Positions 59,850 through 64,000 of a stretch of 64,000 nucleotides of DNA are shown here, piece by piece. Each line of letters opens with the position of its first letter. Positions within the stretch are counted from its first letter, which is position 1. The position numbers and the translations under genes were made by a program. The DNA comes from Antechinus flavipes (taxonomy: Eukaryota). The DNA is taken from assembly GCF_016432865.1 (NCBI RefSeq), contig NC_067399.1:554156001-554220000 (forward strand), read 5' to 3'. The notes below the pieces were generated by a model, which worked only from the letters and a program-made list of their open reading frames with translations, searched no databases and was not told the origin of the DNA.

Positions 59850-60450
59850 CTTGTCTGCCTCCCTCCGCCCCCCTTTTTATCCGGCGTTTGCTTTCCCGGA
59901 ATCTGCCTTTGTTGCCCACTGTTGCAAAAAACGCTCTGCTCTTGTTTTCAGCGTCTCTAAGATGGAATTGTTTTTCTGCGTCGTTCCATGCTCCCCTTCC
60001 CCCGGCCTCCTCCCCCTCCTCCTTCTCCTCCTCCCCCCTCCCTCCCCCTCCGCCCTTGTCGGTGCCCAAGGAAGTGGCGGGGCCCTGAGCAACGCTGCAG
60101 GAAAGACCAATCCACGCCGTGACCTGGGGCCCACGAGCTAGCGCCTTCTGGCGTGGGGTTCCCCCAAGTCCCGCTGGTGGAGTCGCAGTCTTCTCCTTTC
60201 ATGCCTCCTCCCCTTTCTTCTCTGTCGCCCCTCATCTCTCTCCCTCCCCCTCCCCCCCAGGTGCTCGGGTTAGAAAGGTGGAGAGGGAGAATGCTAATGT
60301 CCCGTGTGTATATTTGTGGGTGTGTAGGTGCACGTTGTACACGTGCATGCGAAATCTGTGTCTCAACATTAAAGAAGTGCACACAGACACCCAGTTTATG
60401 TGCTATTTAAAAAGTAGGACAACGTGTGTTTAAAGCCCTGAGCGCGCCTT
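59850..60450. promoter_or_regulatory. Second CpG-rich block (intronic regulatory element or alternative promoter)
   Basis: Dense CpGs, C-rich tracts, CCAAT at ~60107, and ETS-like ggaagt and GC-box ggcggg at ~60070-60081. Confidence 0.6.
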
Positions 60451-62040
60451 CTCTGTGTTTGTTTTGATCCAGTTCCTTCTCTTCCTCCCCTTACTCCCCC
60501 CCTCCACTAGTTATTATTGTAGCACTTCCTTTGCACATCGTTAATAAGCAAAATATTTCTACAAACGCTATCACTTGTAATCTGATACACTTTGTTTTGG
60601 TCATGTATGGGTGGATGAGAGGAGAAGAGAATAAGAGTTTCGCTGCACTTTTGAAGAAATTGGGGGCGGGGATACCTTTAAAACAAAAAACACAAAGCAA
60701 AAAGCACCCGGGTGGAATTATAGTAAATTTGTGATGGCGGATGCTTTTTGGTTACGTTGAAAAGTTTCAGCTAAGTAGTAGAAATAGGGATAAGACAGGT
60801 CCATCGGGTTTAGTGTGCCATATTTTGTAATATCTGGCTGTATACAGCTGGTGCCAATTAATTGAAAATTAGAACCAAGTTTTGGCTATTAAACCTTTTA
60901 CCTAGCTATCTTGGGGGCAGGGTAGAGAAGGTATGCTATAGAATTAAATACGGTGGTAATTAAAACTAAAGACTTAAAAGAGAGTAAGCATTCTTAATTT
61001 CTTGTGAAAGTGAGCATGCCTTAATACCAGGAAATCTTTACAGAATTAAAATATTTACCAGACAAATATTGAAGGTCGTATGATCAAAATGGAACTTGCT
61101 ACAATCTTAATTAAAACAAAACATCTTGCTTTCCAAAGTTTCAGATCACCAGATTAGAAGTTTTTAGTCCTTCTGTTACCCAGAATTTTAAATTTTATTT
61201 TGAATATACAGAAGGTTTTCCACGTTTAAATTTTAAATTTTAACATGGCACATAATGGAGCTATACAGTTTCTCCAGGTTTTTGATGGCTAGATAGTCCT
61301 GGGCTTAACGGTTATTAATGTATTTCCTGAAAAGTAAAATATTATTCTTTATTTGTTTGGGTAAAAAAATATGACTTTTTTAGGAATGCTTATTTAGAAA
61401 ATGTTTTGTGAATGTTTTGTCCTGGGAGATAATGCTTAAACAAAAAGTTTCAGTGACAAGAAAGAGTAGGAGAATAACAAGTAATTTCCCCAGAATCCTT
61501 TAAAAAAATGGTTGGTAATCTAAAGGTTGATGGATATCCAAAAGTTGCCTCAAATCCTGATTATAGTATATAAAAACTGGATTTAATACTTTCCTCTCCC
61601 TATCGCACTGTGAGATTTAAGTCTTAAAGAATAGATATGAATATACTTTAAATTCTTTGGAAGGAAGGTGTATCTGAATTAAATCGAAGTTATCAATCTT
61701 CATGGTAATAGTAAATTTAAAAGTTGTATCAAGAGACTAGTATTTTAGCAGTTATCTTTATCTCTGGATTAAAGATTTGGGCATTTGTATTGGGCTGCAA
61801 GTATTGTGTTAAGATACTAGGAAAGGAAGGAATGTTTAAGGATTAAGTATGTGACCAAAGTAATGTAAACATTTCTTCATTTAGAAAGATAAAGTTCTCA
61901 AAACAGACAAAGCCTAATGGAAGTAATGTTTGAGTTTTTTATACCCTCCCATAATTAGGCCTTGTAACTAGTTGAGGTTTAAGTATTAATAACAGCCAGT
62001 GCTGTGTATTTCAATTGGGAGGTGGGGTGATGATCATTAA

Positions 62041-62067
62041 TATATATATATATATATATTTTTTTTT
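62041..62067. repeat. (TA)9 followed by T9
   Basis: Directly visible. Confidence 0.9.
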
Positions 62068-64000
62068 AAGAGACCTAATGTGATATACATATCTTTCCCT
62101 CATTTGCACTAAGCTTCCTACATCTTATCCCACGAAATTCTATTGTTGAAGAAACCTAGTTATAAGAAATTTAGATGTTTAAATGGATTGCTGTTTTAGG
62201 TATGCTTGAAGTAGCATAGAATAAAATAATCAAAGAAGAAAATCTCAAATAAGGAATTTTAGGTTTCCAAGGAGGAAATAATAAGCAAATAATATTTTGG
62301 GTAGGAGTTGAGAATAGGTCATTATTTGAAGTTTAAAATCTCATGTTTGAATTCTCAAAAGAACCTTGAGATATGTGTTAAAGTTGAAAAGAATGCTTCT
62401 TGAATCTGTGAGCTACAAAAATCAACAGGGTAAATTTGCTTGACACTTTTAACCAAACTGTCTCATTACTGTGATTTTAGTCTGAGAACTTCCATTAAAA
62501 AAAAAAAAGACAACAATAACAACAACAACAACAACAAAACTTAAGGTATTCCAGGGAAAAGGCACCTGCAAAGAATTAAAGATTGATTTTTGTATGCATT
62601 ATTAGAGTTCACAGTAGGGGACAAAGACAGTTTAGTATTAGGGTTTTTGCCTTTTTGGGGGGAACCTAACAACTTAACGAAAGTCATATTTGTTACATAA
62701 AATACCTTATTTTGAAATAACATCCATCTTGCAAGGGAAATTTAATTTTGATTAAAAGATAAGACTAATTTTTATTACTTTTTTAAAAAAAGTTTTGAGA
62801 CAGTAACATAAGCAATTTCTGCTTAGCTCTTTGAATTGTAACCCCTGTAACTGGTGGTACAAATTATAAGAAAGAACATTAAATAGAAAAAATATTTTCT
62901 TAATATTGCCAATTTACTCTAGTTCTTACTTATTTGATTATTTGAAATTATACTTTTTGTGAAATATACTCAGGAAGCAAAATGGACATTAAAATTAAAG
63001 CAGAGATCAATTCTCAAATAGTCAAATGAGTGGTCTGGAAACTTTAGCTATTAAAATGATAATATGATGCTTTAGCATCAGCTGTTGTTTTAAGAATTTT
63101 CTACTAAATTTAAGCTGGACATTTGTTTTGAAAAATACAATGTGATAATTATGTATATTGTATATATTTGCTTTTGATCTTTAACTTTCTGTTTGATCAG
63201 TGATAAAAATGTTTCCTGGTCTTCCTACTGTTGCAAGATCAATATAGTAAGTGAAAATCAACTGTATCATTTTCACTTGTTGCAGTATAATTTGCAATTG
63301 TCAAGACAGGTGCTCAAGGGACAACAATTTTTCTTTTATCCTGCTTCATTGGTTTTGTAAGAATATAATGTGTGGCAAAGTACTTTATGAGCTCCTGAAT
63401 GTAATGAAGCTACTTGAATAAAAATATCATGTATTTTCTAAAATAGTTGGTAGGTTTTAAATTAGAACAGGATACATTTATTTATTTCTCACCAGCCACT
63501 TATGAACAGAACCTTTTAAATATTTTTAAGTATTTCTTTTTAATATCTAATTGTCTTAAGGCAAAGAAAAACATCTAATGTACTGGTGCATATACTTATA
63601 TCCTTTATACTATATTAATATTTTACCTCATTTTGGAGCCTTACTGTTTATCATGGCAGATATGAAAACATTTACTGATCTGGGTCAGAGACACTTATTT
63701 TGTTACTTGTTTTTGACAATTGTGATGAAAAATGAAACAATTGTAGTGGTATATTTTATCTTCTGCTAGAACCTTAGAAGTCACAGATGCATGCATGAAT
63801 ATTTCATAGTGTGTCAGAACTGTGAGAAAGATGGGGCAATTTTCAGATGTTTTCTGGACTTATATGTTGCTTGGTTTTCTGGAATTATTCAGGAGATCCT
63901 CTTAGCAAGTTATATGGATGGGTATAGCACTTTTTAAATAAGTCATCATTTAAAATAATTTGAATCATGAAAGTGACATGAAAGACAAAGTTAGAATAAT

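Noticed and set aside
56040-60450. Assigning a gene symbol to the CpG-island gene
   Set aside because: No coding exon is recognisable in the window and I could not match the leader sequence from memory; a BLASTN of 57900-58300 is needed.

Overview
AT-rich mammalian genomic DNA, most likely from a dasyurid marsupial. This is inferred from recalled similarity to dasyurid-type L1 3' ends and to WSINE1-, Mar1-, WALLSI- and RTE-type repeats; it was not checked by database search. The first ~53 kb is intergenic or intronic sequence dense in old and young retroelements (L2, MIR/CORE-SINEs, L3/CR1, RTE, L1) and hAT-type MITEs. Several are nested and have readable target-site duplications (TSDs). From ~56.0 to 60.5 kb there is a two-part CpG island with GC boxes, microsatellites, a 46-nt poly(A) tract, short upstream ORFs and several splice donors. 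This looks like the promoter and first exon(s) of a large + strand gene that I could not name; the downstream 3.5 kb looks like its first intron. No full protein-coding sequence is supported: the listed ORFs are repeat fragments or low-complexity artefacts. The best-supported oddities are an L1 3' transduction bounded by a 17-bp TSD, two near-perfect pre-miRNA-sized hairpins (one an inverted duplication of an RTE 3' end), an L1 nested in a hAT MITE with both TSD sets visible, an internally deleted L1, and a candidate 96-nt frame-preserving exon. I found no clearly new biological system. Repeat boundaries without TSDs are approximate.
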